IMG/VR virus record: IMGVR_UViG_3300017908_000183
Coordinates: 1-39,461 of that record
Strand: one strand, 5' to 3'
DNA: 39,461 nucleotides
Source: a virus
Taxonomy: Duplodnaviria > Caudoviricetes
Both the position numbers and the translations under genes were made by a program. Under the pieces are notes generated by a model. It did not search any database. It saw only the letters and a program-made list of their open reading frames with translations, and had not been told where the DNA came from. Within the stretch, counting starts at the first letter, position 1. Each line of letters opens with the position of its first letter. This document shows, in pieces, positions 1 through 8,481 of this stretch.

Positions 1-658
1 CATCTGCAGCAGTTGTTACCGTAGCAACATCTGACCAAGTGTTACCATCTGAAGATTTCTGTAAGATAACATCAATAGATTCAGCTGGATTAGAAGGACT
101 ATTTAAGATAGTCGCAGTATAATCAAATGCTGGTTCTACAAAGTTACCGCCATTGTCTGATGTACCTAAGGCAGCATCAGTACCTGCAGCAGTAGCATAA
201 TAAGCTGTTAAGCTGTTTGAGAAATCCATGCCAGAAACTGAACCGTTAGTGTAATTCGATAGGAATGGTAAATCTACTGTAAACATGTGACCTGCAGTCA
301 GATCAAAAGACGTAGACGAACCTGTGTAAACCCATACAACTTTAATAAGACCATTGTTGGCATCTACATTTGTTGTCATATAGTTGTCAGAAACTGAACC
401 TGCATACGAAACAGATGGTGTGTCAAAAACAGTATTATCATAAGTGAAAGCAAACTGAATACCTTTTACTGCTGTACCAGATGTATTGTCATAATAAATC
501 TGAACTGCCGTATTTGAAGAACTCGTAGTCGACTCTAGAGTGTACGTTGAATCAAAAATAACATACGGTTTGGTATTATCTGGTGCAGACGTCTGTCCGA
601 AGACAGTCAGCGATCCGAATACCAAGGCTAGTGTTAGAAGAATGTTTTTTAATTTCAT
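1..658 (-). CDS. Secreted cohesin-like domain protein (3'-truncated by window edge; absent from ORF track)
   Basis: Manual translation from ATG at 658: MKLKNILLTLALVFGSLTVFG|QTSAPDNTKPYVIFDS...AVKGIQFAFTYDNTVFD...NGLIKVVWVY...GHMFTVDL...; open to position 1. Signal peptide followed by Gln (typical of Bacteroidota); GIQFxFTYD resembles the cohesin motif; followed by a Cna-B/SdrD-like start (ESIDVILQKSSDGNTWSDVATVTTAAD). Confidence 0.7.
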   Translation of the reverse strand, partial: MKLKNILLTLALVFGSLTVFGQTSAPDNTKPYVIFDSTYTLESTTSSSNTAVQIYYDNTSGTAVKGIQFAFTYDNTVFDTPSVSYAGSVSDNYMTTNVDANNGLIKVVWVYTGSSTSFDLTAGHMFTVDLPFLSNYTNGSVSGMDFSNSLTAYYATAAGTDAALGTSDNGGNFVEPAFDYTATILNSPSNPAESIDVILQKSSDGNTWSDVATVTTAAD

Positions 659-673
659 TTGTTTTAATTATTT

Positions 674-1885
674 TTAGTTTTTATGGCCTGCTCTTATTAC
701 ATAGAAAGTCGTTGAATTTCCGTTGGCTAAATCAAAGAGAGACCATGCTCCGTAACCGGAGATCGTGGTTTTGTCGTCTGTGTCTACTGAAACTGCATTC
801 CAAATATATGGTTGCTGCCAGGAGTTTGTGGTCCATAATGTTGGTGCACTATTCGGATAGTTTGCAAATGCTGAATTACCATGTCTATTTTGGTGCATAG
901 TGTAAATATCCGAGACCGTAAAGGACCCTGTATTGTTAACATCCATTCTCCAGTAATCCTTGGAACTAACTGGACCTGTGAGAATTCTATCCTGAAACCA
1001 GTTAATATCTGAAACTGTCAGAATATCTGGTTCTGGACCGATGTCTATTGTAAAATCATAATCGTTGTAATCTAATGTGGTATTAAATGAATAATAGCCG
1101 TTTGAATCTGTTGTTGTAGTAGCTTGTGTTGTATATGAGAAACCTACTTGGTTTTTATTCTGTGTCTTTAGGTAAACTACTTGACCAGCAATACCCACTT
1201 CCTCTGCTCCTTTAATATAACCATCTGCTGTGATAGGTTCAAAATTAGGATCGGTAGCAGACCATTCTCCTAATGGATGTGAAGAACCATTATTACCACC
1301 TAGCTGATTAAATGAACTACCATTTGGTATTCTGTATTGAAATTGTGCTCCACCTTCACCACCATAGTTTTGAATTCTTAATTCAAATTCGTACCATTGT
1401 GTTTTGTCTAAGTAAACATTATCTCTCTGGTTCCATGTGTTCCAGCCATAATGTTTAGTAATAATATCGTTGGCATAACCCAGACCCTTAATCATAAACT
1501 CATGAGAGTCATCTGTTCTAGTTCTAAATGAATAGTTACCAGTCTTATTTGGTTTAAACCAACCATGATAAACTACTGCAAATCTATCGTTTCTAGCTCT
1601 TGGCGGGTCCCAGTTACCATTGATAATACCAACGCCTCTTGGACCTTGATAACTTAAAATATCTACTGTTGTATCGACATGCAGTACTGTACCTTGAGAG
1701 TTTAAATTGACCATATTGTCGAACTCTGTATGTGAATTAGCATTACCAGAATAGCCTGTACATCCTTGGTTACAATTGTTCTGGTGAGTTTTGAGAGACC
1801 TTACGTTTACTGTAGTAGTAGATTGCCCATACATCGTTCCCGATGCCAGGATAAAAAATATAAGAATTTTTAGCAAGTATCTCAT
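674..1885 (-). CDS. Secreted PA14-domain protein with Cna-B-like and dockerin-like C-terminal modules
   Basis: Likely start MRYLLKILIFFILASGTMYG|Q at 1885 (signal peptide); PA14 motifs FAVVYHGWFKPNKTGNYSFRTRTDDS and ELRIQNYGGEGG; TTTTDSNGYYSF (Cna-B-like); LTVSD...DVNNTGSFTVSDIY (dockerin-type Ca-binding loop). Confidence 0.75.
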   Translation of the reverse strand: MRYLLKILIFFILASGTMYGQSTTTVNVRSLKTHQNNCNQGCTGYSGNANSHTEFDNMVNLNSQGTVLHVDTTVDILSYQGPRGVGIINGNWDPPRARNDRFAVVYHGWFKPNKTGNYSFRTRTDDSHEFMIKGLGYANDIITKHYGWNTWNQRDNVYLDKTQWYEFELRIQNYGGEGGAQFQYRIPNGSSFNQLGGNNGSSHPLGEWSATDPNFEPITADGYIKGAEEVGIAGQVVYLKTQNKNQVGFSYTTQATTTTDSNGYYSFNTTLDYNDYDFTIDIGPEPDILTVSDINWFQDRILTGPVSSKDYWRMDVNNTGSFTVSDIYTMHQNRHGNSAFANYPNSAPTLWTTNSWQQPYIWNAVSVDTDDKTTISGYGAWSLFDLANGNSTTFYVIRAGHKN

Positions 1886-1963
1886 AATACTACTCTGAAA
1901 GCCTGATGGCCCATGTACAAACATGTAAGGAACTTTGGCTAGACCTTTTTTTATATTATTGTA

Positions 1964-1972
1964 TTATATATC
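1964..1972 (-). promoter_or_regulatory. Putative late promoter GATATATAA (drives PA14/cohesin genes)
   Basis: Same 9-mer found upstream of sheath, tube, tape measure and neck genes. Confidence 0.6.
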
Positions 1973-1994
1973 TTTGTTTTGTGGTCATTCTAGA

Positions 1995-2003
1995 GATATA
2001 TAA
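1995..2003 (+). promoter_or_regulatory. Putative late promoter GATATATAA (drives M43 protease gene; divergent pair)
   Basis: Exact motif on + strand, 66 nt before ATG 2070. Confidence 0.6.
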
Positions 2004-2069
2004 ATTGACCTCGCCGGAACGCCGGCAGCACTTCTTTAGGTCAGAAAATCAATAAAATTTATTAACTGA

Positions 2070-4979
2070 ATGAAAGCAAAAAAGCTGTTATTGGCTTTGG
2101 TTGCACTATTTGCTATGGGCGCTGTCCTGGCACAAAGTGACGACCCTGGGCCACCATGCGGAACCGACGAATTGATTCTACGCAATCCATTCTTAGAGGA
2201 AGCAATAAATGGTAGATCGTTAAATGACTGTGATACAGACTATGATTTACCAAACGAACAAGTACTCACAATACCTATGGTATTCCATGTTATGCACACT
2301 GGAACTTCAATAGGTGTTGATGAGAATATAAGCAACGAGCAGATTTATTCTGCCGTGGAAAACCTAACTGATAGATTCAGAGCTGCTCCTGGTGCATTAG
2401 GAGTTGACGAGAATACTATTGACTCTAGACTTGATTTTTGTTTAGCAGGCACAGATCCTGCTGGCAATCCCACCAATGGAATAGTCAGATATGATATGTC
2501 TGGTTATTCTGACTACATGGAAGATGGTGTTACTACCAATCCTAGTTTTTATAGTGACGCAATGCCCGATAATACGTTAAAGGACATCGGCTGTTGGGAC
2601 CCTGACTTTTACTGCAATGTTTACATAGTTACTGAGATTAACGGTAACAATGGGGGTAATGGAGTACAAGGCTATGCATATCTCGGTCCAACAGGTGATT
2701 GTAGGGATGGAATTGTATTATTATACAATGTCGTTGGCACAGAAGGCACTTTAAAACCTGGTCGAGATATGAACACTACGCTTCCACACGAAATGGGTCA
2801 CTATCTCACTCTCTATCATACATTCCATAACGGTGCAAGTTCATGTGATTATGTTGAATCTAATTGCTGTGCGCAAGGTGATAGAGTCTGTGACACTCCA
2901 CTTCAAAGCTCATCAGCAAATGGCTGTAGCTCAGTTTGTGATTCTGATCCAGCTAACTATATGGATTACACGTCTCAGACTTGTAAGACTCTATTCACAG
3001 AAGGTCAGATTGATAGAATGAGAGATTGTATCGCTTTTCAAAGACAAGACTTAGTCTCTGGTACTATTGATTGTTTTCAATTGGATGATGAACCAACATG
3101 TGATGTTGATTTAATAGGCTATGACCCTGTAACTCATCAAGTTTCAGTTGCCATACTCAATGGTGAGAATTGTGGTTGTAATGAATTTACAACAGTGGAT
3201 GGTAATACATGTGGACCTGGTAGTTCATCTGTTGTACAGAATAATTCATCCATTACTCACTTTGTTTTTGGTCTACATATCTATGAAGACTACACCCAAG
3301 GACCATGTTCACAAGCTAATTACCATCCTGGTTGGACTTTCGCATATCCTGTAGGTCAATCAACTCTTCAGATTGGTAATGATGGTCTAGTTGCAGGAGA
3401 CACTCTTAATGTCGAACTAAATACATTCTTTGATTGGGAATGTTTATTAGAAACAGAGTTAGAAGATGGTCAATGTTGGCAAATGGTAGTTTGGCAGATT
3501 AATCTATCTCAAACTGCTGATATTAATGATTTTCCAACTGAGTATTGGACAGATACTTGTGGTGTTTGTGCTGAACAAACTCAAATGTACCCCGATATTG
3601 ACTTAAGCAATAACTATTTAGTTTGGTGTCCAGATGAATTACCACCTCCACCACTATATCCTGGTTGTACAGATGAATTAGCAGTTAACTTTGACCCTAA
3701 TGCTACAACTGACGATGGTTCATGTGAATTTCCAGCTGTTTTAGGTTGTACCGATCTAACTGCTTGTAACTATGACCAGAATGCAGATGAGAATGATGGC
3801 TCTTGTATTACATGTGATACACCAAACGGTGAAGAGCTTTGTAATGCATATCATAATGATGAAACTTACTGGGAATACTACTGTAATCTATTTGGCTGTT
3901 GTGTAGAAGAGTCTATTGTCGATATACAATTAGATTCTCTCTGGGTAGAATACACTAACTGTAATATCTACAATCAAGTACCTCCTGGTTGTGCACCTGG
4001 TATTAGATACCATCAAGTTGCTACTAATATAGGTACAGATTCTATTTACAGTTATCTATGGTCTTGGACTGGACCGAATGGTTGGACTAGTCAATCTGTA
4101 GAATTCGGAGTTAACTTTCCTAACAATCCATTCTATGCCGTGGCCTTACCTCCTGGTCAACAGACTAACGTACTAAATACATTTAATCAGGAATTAGTCT
4201 GGGAAGAAGGTGATGAATTATGTGTAACTGTTAGTGTGGTTGGTGACCAAGTAGATGAAGACCTATCTAATAATACTTATTGTATTACTTTACCAGCATA
4301 TCCGGTTTGTATCTGGGGTTGTATGGACCCTTGCGCTGATAACTATAATCCAGACGCAACTTGTGATAGTGAGAATTGTGAATATCCAGATCCTATTGTA
4401 GATACAGTTTATGTAGAACTACCACAGGACACTGTTTTTATTGAGACGATTGATACAGTTTTTGTTGAACTGCCACAAGATACTCTAATCGTGGAATTAC
4501 CACCAGATACAATTACTGTCATTGAATATGTGCAGATTACTGATACTCTAGAGATAGAAGTGATAGAGTACATTTATCTAACTGATACTATTGTTGAAGT
4601 TCAATTCATTGATTGTAATACTGGTCTACCATGTGAAGATGACCCTATCGGTAGTCCAACAGATGACGACTGTTGGCCATGGTCAGTTTATATTCCAAAC
4701 ACATTTACTCCTAATAACGATGGGTGGAATGATGTCTGGAAGATTATCCTAGATCTAGGCTGTTGGGTTGATGTTGAATTTAGAATCTATAATCGTTGGG
4801 GTGGCTTAGTCTTTGCAGGTTATGGTGATGACTATGAATCATATCCATATTGGGATGGTAGTATGCAGGGTGGACCTTCCTATGTTGCAGATGGAGTTTA
4901 CGTTTATACATTTAAAGCAAGAAGATGGAATTCTCCTCAGGTCCATCAGAAAAACGGACATATAACTATATTTAGATGA
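2070..4979 (+). CDS. M43 (pappalysin/ulilysin-like) zinc metalloprotease with GCTD repeats and T9SS type-B (gliding motility-associated) C-terminal domain
   Basis: Signal peptide; CGT cysteine-switch-like propeptide; TIPMVFHVMH; HEMGHYLTLYHTF zinc motif; NYMDY Met-turn; GCTD-x-A-x-N(F/Y)-x-x-x-A-x-x-x-DGSC repeats; C-terminus IPNTFTPNNDGWNDVW...IYNRWG...WDG...GVYVY...GHITIFR. Confidence 0.9.
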   Translation: MKAKKLLLALVALFAMGAVLAQSDDPGPPCGTDELILRNPFLEEAINGRSLNDCDTDYDLPNEQVLTIPMVFHVMHTGTSIGVDENISNEQIYSAVENLTDRFRAAPGALGVDENTIDSRLDFCLAGTDPAGNPTNGIVRYDMSGYSDYMEDGVTTNPSFYSDAMPDNTLKDIGCWDPDFYCNVYIVTEINGNNGGNGVQGYAYLGPTGDCRDGIVLLYNVVGTEGTLKPGRDMNTTLPHEMGHYLTLYHTFHNGASSCDYVESNCCAQGDRVCDTPLQSSSANGCSSVCDSDPANYMDYTSQTCKTLFTEGQIDRMRDCIAFQRQDLVSGTIDCFQLDDEPTCDVDLIGYDPVTHQVSVAILNGENCGCNEFTTVDGNTCGPGSSSVVQNNSSITHFVFGLHIYEDYTQGPCSQANYHPGWTFAYPVGQSTLQIGNDGLVAGDTLNVELNTFFDWECLLETELEDGQCWQMVVWQINLSQTADINDFPTEYWTDTCGVCAEQTQMYPDIDLSNNYLVWCPDELPPPPLYPGCTDELAVNFDPNATTDDGSCEFPAVLGCTDLTACNYDQNADENDGSCITCDTPNGEELCNAYHNDETYWEYYCNLFGCCVEESIVDIQLDSLWVEYTNCNIYNQVPPGCAPGIRYHQVATNIGTDSIYSYLWSWTGPNGWTSQSVEFGVNFPNNPFYAVALPPGQQTNVLNTFNQELVWEEGDELCVTVSVVGDQVDEDLSNNTYCITLPAYPVCIWGCMDPCADNYNPDATCDSENCEYPDPIVDTVYVELPQDTVFIETIDTVFVELPQDTLIVELPPDTITVIEYVQITDTLEIEVIEYIYLTDTIVEVQFIDCNTGLPCEDDPIGSPTDDDCWPWSVYIPNTFTPNNDGWNDVWKIILDLGCWVDVEFRIYNRWGGLVFAGYGDDYESYPYWDGSMQGGPSYVADGVYVYTFKARRWNSPQVHQKNGHITIFR

Positions 4980-5233
4980 AAAAGTTTATTTTAATTCCAA
5001 TCATGTTTATGGGTTGTCTCAATCCAAAACAGATACCAAACAGAGTTCAAAAGAACCCTGACAAATTTGTAAGAACTATTTTAATAGATGTAAGATGGAA
5101 TGGAAATGATGTTAATGAACCTTGGCGTAAAGCTATTCACTTAGACAAAATGTTTTATGACAATTTAGGTTCTAAATTGACATTAACACAAGATCCACAC
5201 AATCCAGATTTATTCTGGTTAGAGAGTGAATGA
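4976..5233 (+). CDS. Small putative lipoprotein
   Basis: MKKFILIPIMFMG-C lipobox-like signal; ATGA overlap with the protease gene. Confidence 0.6.
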   Translation: MKKFILIPIMFMGCLNPKQIPNRVQKNPDKFVRTILIDVRWNGNDVNEPWRKAIHLDKMFYDNLGSKLTLTQDPHNPDLFWLESE

Positions 5234-5257
5234 AAGAGGGGCTTCGGCCCCTCTTTT
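5233..5257 (+). terminator. Rho-independent terminator with C(UUCG)G tetraloop
   Basis: AAAGAGGGGC-TTCG-GCCCCTCTTT followed by T-rich tract. Confidence 0.85.
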
Positions 5258-5272
5258 CTTAATATATAATAT

Positions 5273-5641
5273 ATGAAGTTAATATCTCTAGACTGGTTTC
5301 AAGCCCCACCCATTGATTTTGAACATAAGCAATATATGCTTTATGCTTACCTTCAGTCTGTAGATAAATCATATCTTTCACAGAAAGTATCTCCACATCT
5401 TTTGCATTTAGAAAGATTACAACAAGAGATGGATTATTTTATTGGTAGATATGATATTATGAGAAAGGCTTTCGATAGAAACAGATATGACTATTTTGAT
5501 AATCCTAAGCTAGAAGGTGAAGATAATCATGAAATAGAAGAGATTGTAGAAATTGTTGATTTTTCTCTACCTCAGATTAAAACTAGAATTCATCAAGGTT
5601 ATCTCATCTTTGAGAGAAACCCAAGACAAATCTTATATTAA
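5273..5641 (+). CDS. Hypothetical protein
   Basis: 122-aa ORF preceded by the late-motif variant AATATATAA (5261-5269). Confidence 0.7.
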   Translation: MKLISLDWFQAPPIDFEHKQYMLYAYLQSVDKSYLSQKVSPHLLHLERLQQEMDYFIGRYDIMRKAFDRNRYDYFDNPKLEGEDNHEIEEIVEIVDFSLPQIKTRIHQGYLIFERNPRQILY

Positions 5642-6223
5642 GTTATTGGCATAGTTAACACTCAAGACCAGAGCGTTAATTAAGATCTTCATACCGATTG
5701 CAATCAGGATAATACCGAAGACTCTTTCCATAATCGTTAGACCTACTTTACCCAGTTTTCTTTGAATGTAATCTGCTGATTTTAAGAAAGCATAGATTGC
5801 AATTGCATTTGCAAAAATTGCTACGACAATTGTAGTTGTTGTAAAATCTTGATTTAATGAAATAATAGTTGATAGAGTACCAGGACCTGCTACAATAGGA
5901 AATGCAATAGGGAAGATTGAAGGTGGCATAGGTTCCCCTGAAGACTCTGACTCAATACCCAAGACCATTCTTACACCAAAATAAAGTAGTAGCATTGCAC
6001 CAGCCAATGCAAAATGAAATACTTGTAGACCTAGTAATCTAAAGATAACATCTCCAATAAAGAGAATTGAAATCATAATTACAGTTGCTACGATAGTAGA
6101 TTTAGCAGATTCTACCTCTCCATTCTCTTTTCTTAGTCTGATAATCAGTGGCACGTTACCAGGCATATCGATGACGGCAAAGAGTGTCAAAAACACCGTC
6201 AACACGTTTAAAACAAATTCCAT
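5633..6223 (-). CDS. MarC family inner-membrane protein
   Basis: LFAVIDMPGNVP, FPIAFPIVAGPGT and ERVFGIILIAIG motifs; six hydrophobic segments. Confidence 0.9.
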   Translation of the reverse strand: MEFVLNVLTVFLTLFAVIDMPGNVPLIIRLRKENGEVESAKSTIVATVIMISILFIGDVIFRLLGLQVFHFALAGAMLLLYFGVRMVLGIESESSGEPMPPSIFPIAFPIVAGPGTLSTIISLNQDFTTTTIVVAIFANAIAIYAFLKSADYIQRKLGKVGLTIMERVFGIILIAIGMKILINALVLSVNYANNLI

Positions 6224-6624
6224 TACTTAAGTCTTTTTCTCAAATCAGTACTCGACCATTCGTGGCCTCGGCTATTATATATTATCTCTATTCCTTTTGT
6301 TTCACATATATGTTTTGCTGTGAAAGGCTTCTTTTTATATTCCTCGCCAATTATTCTGACGTCTAGTTTAAAAGACTTAAAAATGTTTTCAAGATCTTCC
6401 TCTGTTGTATATGGTACAATCTGATCTACCCACTTAACGGCATCTAATTGAATCCATCTTTCCACGATAGATTGTACTGGTTTGTTTTTCTCTGGTCGGT
6501 CGATTGTAGGATCTGTTTGTAGCGCGCAGATCAGAAAGTCACAGTGTTGTTTTGCCTCCTCTAACATTTTAATATGACCGGCATGTAGTAGGTCAAAAGA
6601 TGAGCATGTAATTCCTATCCTCAC
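6223..6624 (-). CDS. Cytidylyltransferase (glycerol-3-phosphate cytidylyltransferase-like)
   Basis: FDLLHAGH (HxGH) motif and C-terminal SSTDLR. Confidence 0.85.
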   Translation of the reverse strand: MRIGITCSSFDLLHAGHIKMLEEAKQHCDFLICALQTDPTIDRPEKNKPVQSIVERWIQLDAVKWVDQIVPYTTEEDLENIFKSFKLDVRIIGEEYKKKPFTAKHICETKGIEIIYNSRGHEWSSTDLRKRLK

Positions 6625-7763
6625 AGTTTAATTGTATTACTAATAATATCTGCTATATTTTTAAAATAATCCTCATCATTTCCATGTTTAGTAACCATCG
6701 CTGCAGTACCTATTCTAATACCAGATGTTTCCCATACTCCTCTTGGATCGTTAGGAATTGAGTTTTTATTTACTACTATGTTATGTTCAGCTTCTAATTT
6801 ATCTGCAACTTCTGCTCCTGATTTATCTCCAGTGTGAATTAAAATAATATGAGAGTCTGTTCCTCCTGTTGTCAGCTTAATACCATTTTGTTTGAAAGTC
6901 TGACACATTAGTTGAGCCATTTCAACTACTTGTTTTGAATACTCTTTAAATTCAGGTGTAGATGCTTCATGGTATGATTGTGTTTTACCTGCAACTTGAT
7001 TCATCAGGGGTCCACCTTGTGTTCCTGGGAAAACACCTGAGTTAATCTTCTTAGTGTAATCTTCATTGTTCCAAAGAATCATTCCACCTCTAGCTCCTCT
7101 TAGAGTTTTATGAGTTGTTGAAGTTACAAAGTCAGCATAAGGTAGAGGAGACTCGTAAACACCACCTGCAATTAGACCACTATAATGAGCCATATCTACT
7201 AGAAGTAAAGCACCAACTGAGTCTGCTATCTTTCTGAATTTTAAGAAATCAATTTGACGAGGATATGCAGATGCTCCGGCAATAATCATTTTAGGTTTTA
7301 GATTATGTGCTTTTGCTGAAACTTCACCATAATTTAACCAACCATCTTCATTAACTCCATAGAAATGATTATCAAACCATTTTCCACTTAGATTTGCTGG
7401 TGAACCATGAGATAGGTGACCACCTGCTGACAAGTCCATACCTAGAATAGTATCACCTGGTTTTAAGAATGCTTTGAAGATTGCTAAATTAGCATTAGCT
7501 CCACTATGTGGTTGTATATTTGCAAAATTACAGCCATATAGTTTAGTAACTAATTCAATACCATAATTCTCTAGTTCATCATAATTACCACAACCATTAT
7601 AGTATCTCTTACCTGGAAAACCTTCAGCATATTTATTAGTAAATACAGAACCACAGAAGTATCTTACATCTTCTGATGCAAAGTTTTCAGAAGCAATAAA
7701 ATTATGTTCTTCTCTCTGTCTTTTTCCTTCTTCTCTTAGAATGTTAAGTATCTTATTGTTCAT
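6621..7763 (-). CDS. glyA: Serine hydroxymethyltransferase
   Basis: IASENF, NKYAEGFPGKRYY, GGHLSHG, DMAH, TTHKTLRGARGG (PLP lysine), SGIRIGT. Confidence 0.97.
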   Translation of the reverse strand: MNNKILNILREEGKRQREEHNFIASENFASEDVRYFCGSVFTNKYAEGFPGKRYYNGCGNYDELENYGIELVTKLYGCNFANIQPHSGANANLAIFKAFLKPGDTILGMDLSAGGHLSHGSPANLSGKWFDNHFYGVNEDGWLNYGEVSAKAHNLKPKMIIAGASAYPRQIDFLKFRKIADSVGALLLVDMAHYSGLIAGGVYESPLPYADFVTSTTHKTLRGARGGMILWNNEDYTKKINSGVFPGTQGGPLMNQVAGKTQSYHEASTPEFKEYSKQVVEMAQLMCQTFKQNGIKLTTGGTDSHIILIHTGDKSGAEVADKLEAEHNIVVNKNSIPNDPRGVWETSGIRIGTAAMVTKHGNDEDYFKNIADIISNTIKL

Positions 7764-7996
7764 TTTTGATTTTTAGATTTAAACCTATTAGCTTCTGATG
7801 TTTTTGTGTGTTTGGTTTTTCTACCTTTAACTCTTTTCCTCCACATTTTAAATGAAGACTCTTTCATGTGAGTTCTCATTATTTTTCTAACATCATTTTC
7901 TTTTAAACCGAATTGGAATTCTATAGCCTCAAATGGGGTTCTGTCTTCCCATGCCATTTCTATGATTCTATCAATATCTTGATTAGTTAACTCCAA
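7760..7996 (-). CDS. TIGR03643/DUF2805 family protein
   Basis: RIIEMAWEDRTPFEAIEFQFGL...SFKMWRKRV signature. Confidence 0.85.
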   Translation of the reverse strand: MELTNQDIDRIIEMAWEDRTPFEAIEFQFGLKENDVRKIMRTHMKESSFKMWRKRVKGRKTKHTKTSEANRFKSKNQK

Positions 7997-8481
7997 TACT
8001 TCTTTTTGTGAGCCTTTTTGAGCTTTAGATATTTATCGTTATTTCTGGCGAGTACCCAAAAATCATGAAAGATATTTGCTGCTATCGCCTTAGGTGATCT
8101 GTCTCTATCTGTCTCTAGAGGTAAGACCGACCACTCCTTTCCTTTTAATTGCCATTTTCTACCAGACTTATGATTTGCATATCTTCTAGCTCTGGTAAAA
8201 CCCATGTGAATAAATTTCTTACACATATCAGCTCCAATGAAATCGTCTTGTTTTAAATAGTCTAAGAACATTTCATAGATTTTAGTCGCTGATCTTTCTG
8301 CAATCTCAGGAGTCTTAAATCTCCAGTATTGTCCTATTTCAGATTTATATGGTTCACAGATAGTTACGCCTTGTTGACCTCTACCTGAATGATATAGATG
8401 TGGGTTTTCACGATAGTTAATACCATGCTTCCATCTATAGTCTTCGTCTCTTGTTAGATATTTAGGTTGTTCTCCAGCCAT
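7987..8481 (-). CDS. DUF4385 family protein
   Basis: GRGQQGVTICEPYKSEI...WRFKTP...DFIGADMCKKFIHMGFTRARRYANH signature. Confidence 0.85.
   Translation of the reverse strand: MAGEQPKYLTRDEDYRWKHGINYRENPHLYHSGRGQQGVTICEPYKSEIGQYWRFKTPEIAERSATKIYEMFLDYLKQDDFIGADMCKKFIHMGFTRARRYANHKSGRKWQLKGKEWSVLPLETDRDRSPKAIAANIFHDFWVLARNNDKYLKLKKAHKKKYWS

Noticed and set aside
583-900. 105-aa + strand ORF
   Set aside because: Overlaps two well-supported - strand genes; no motif.
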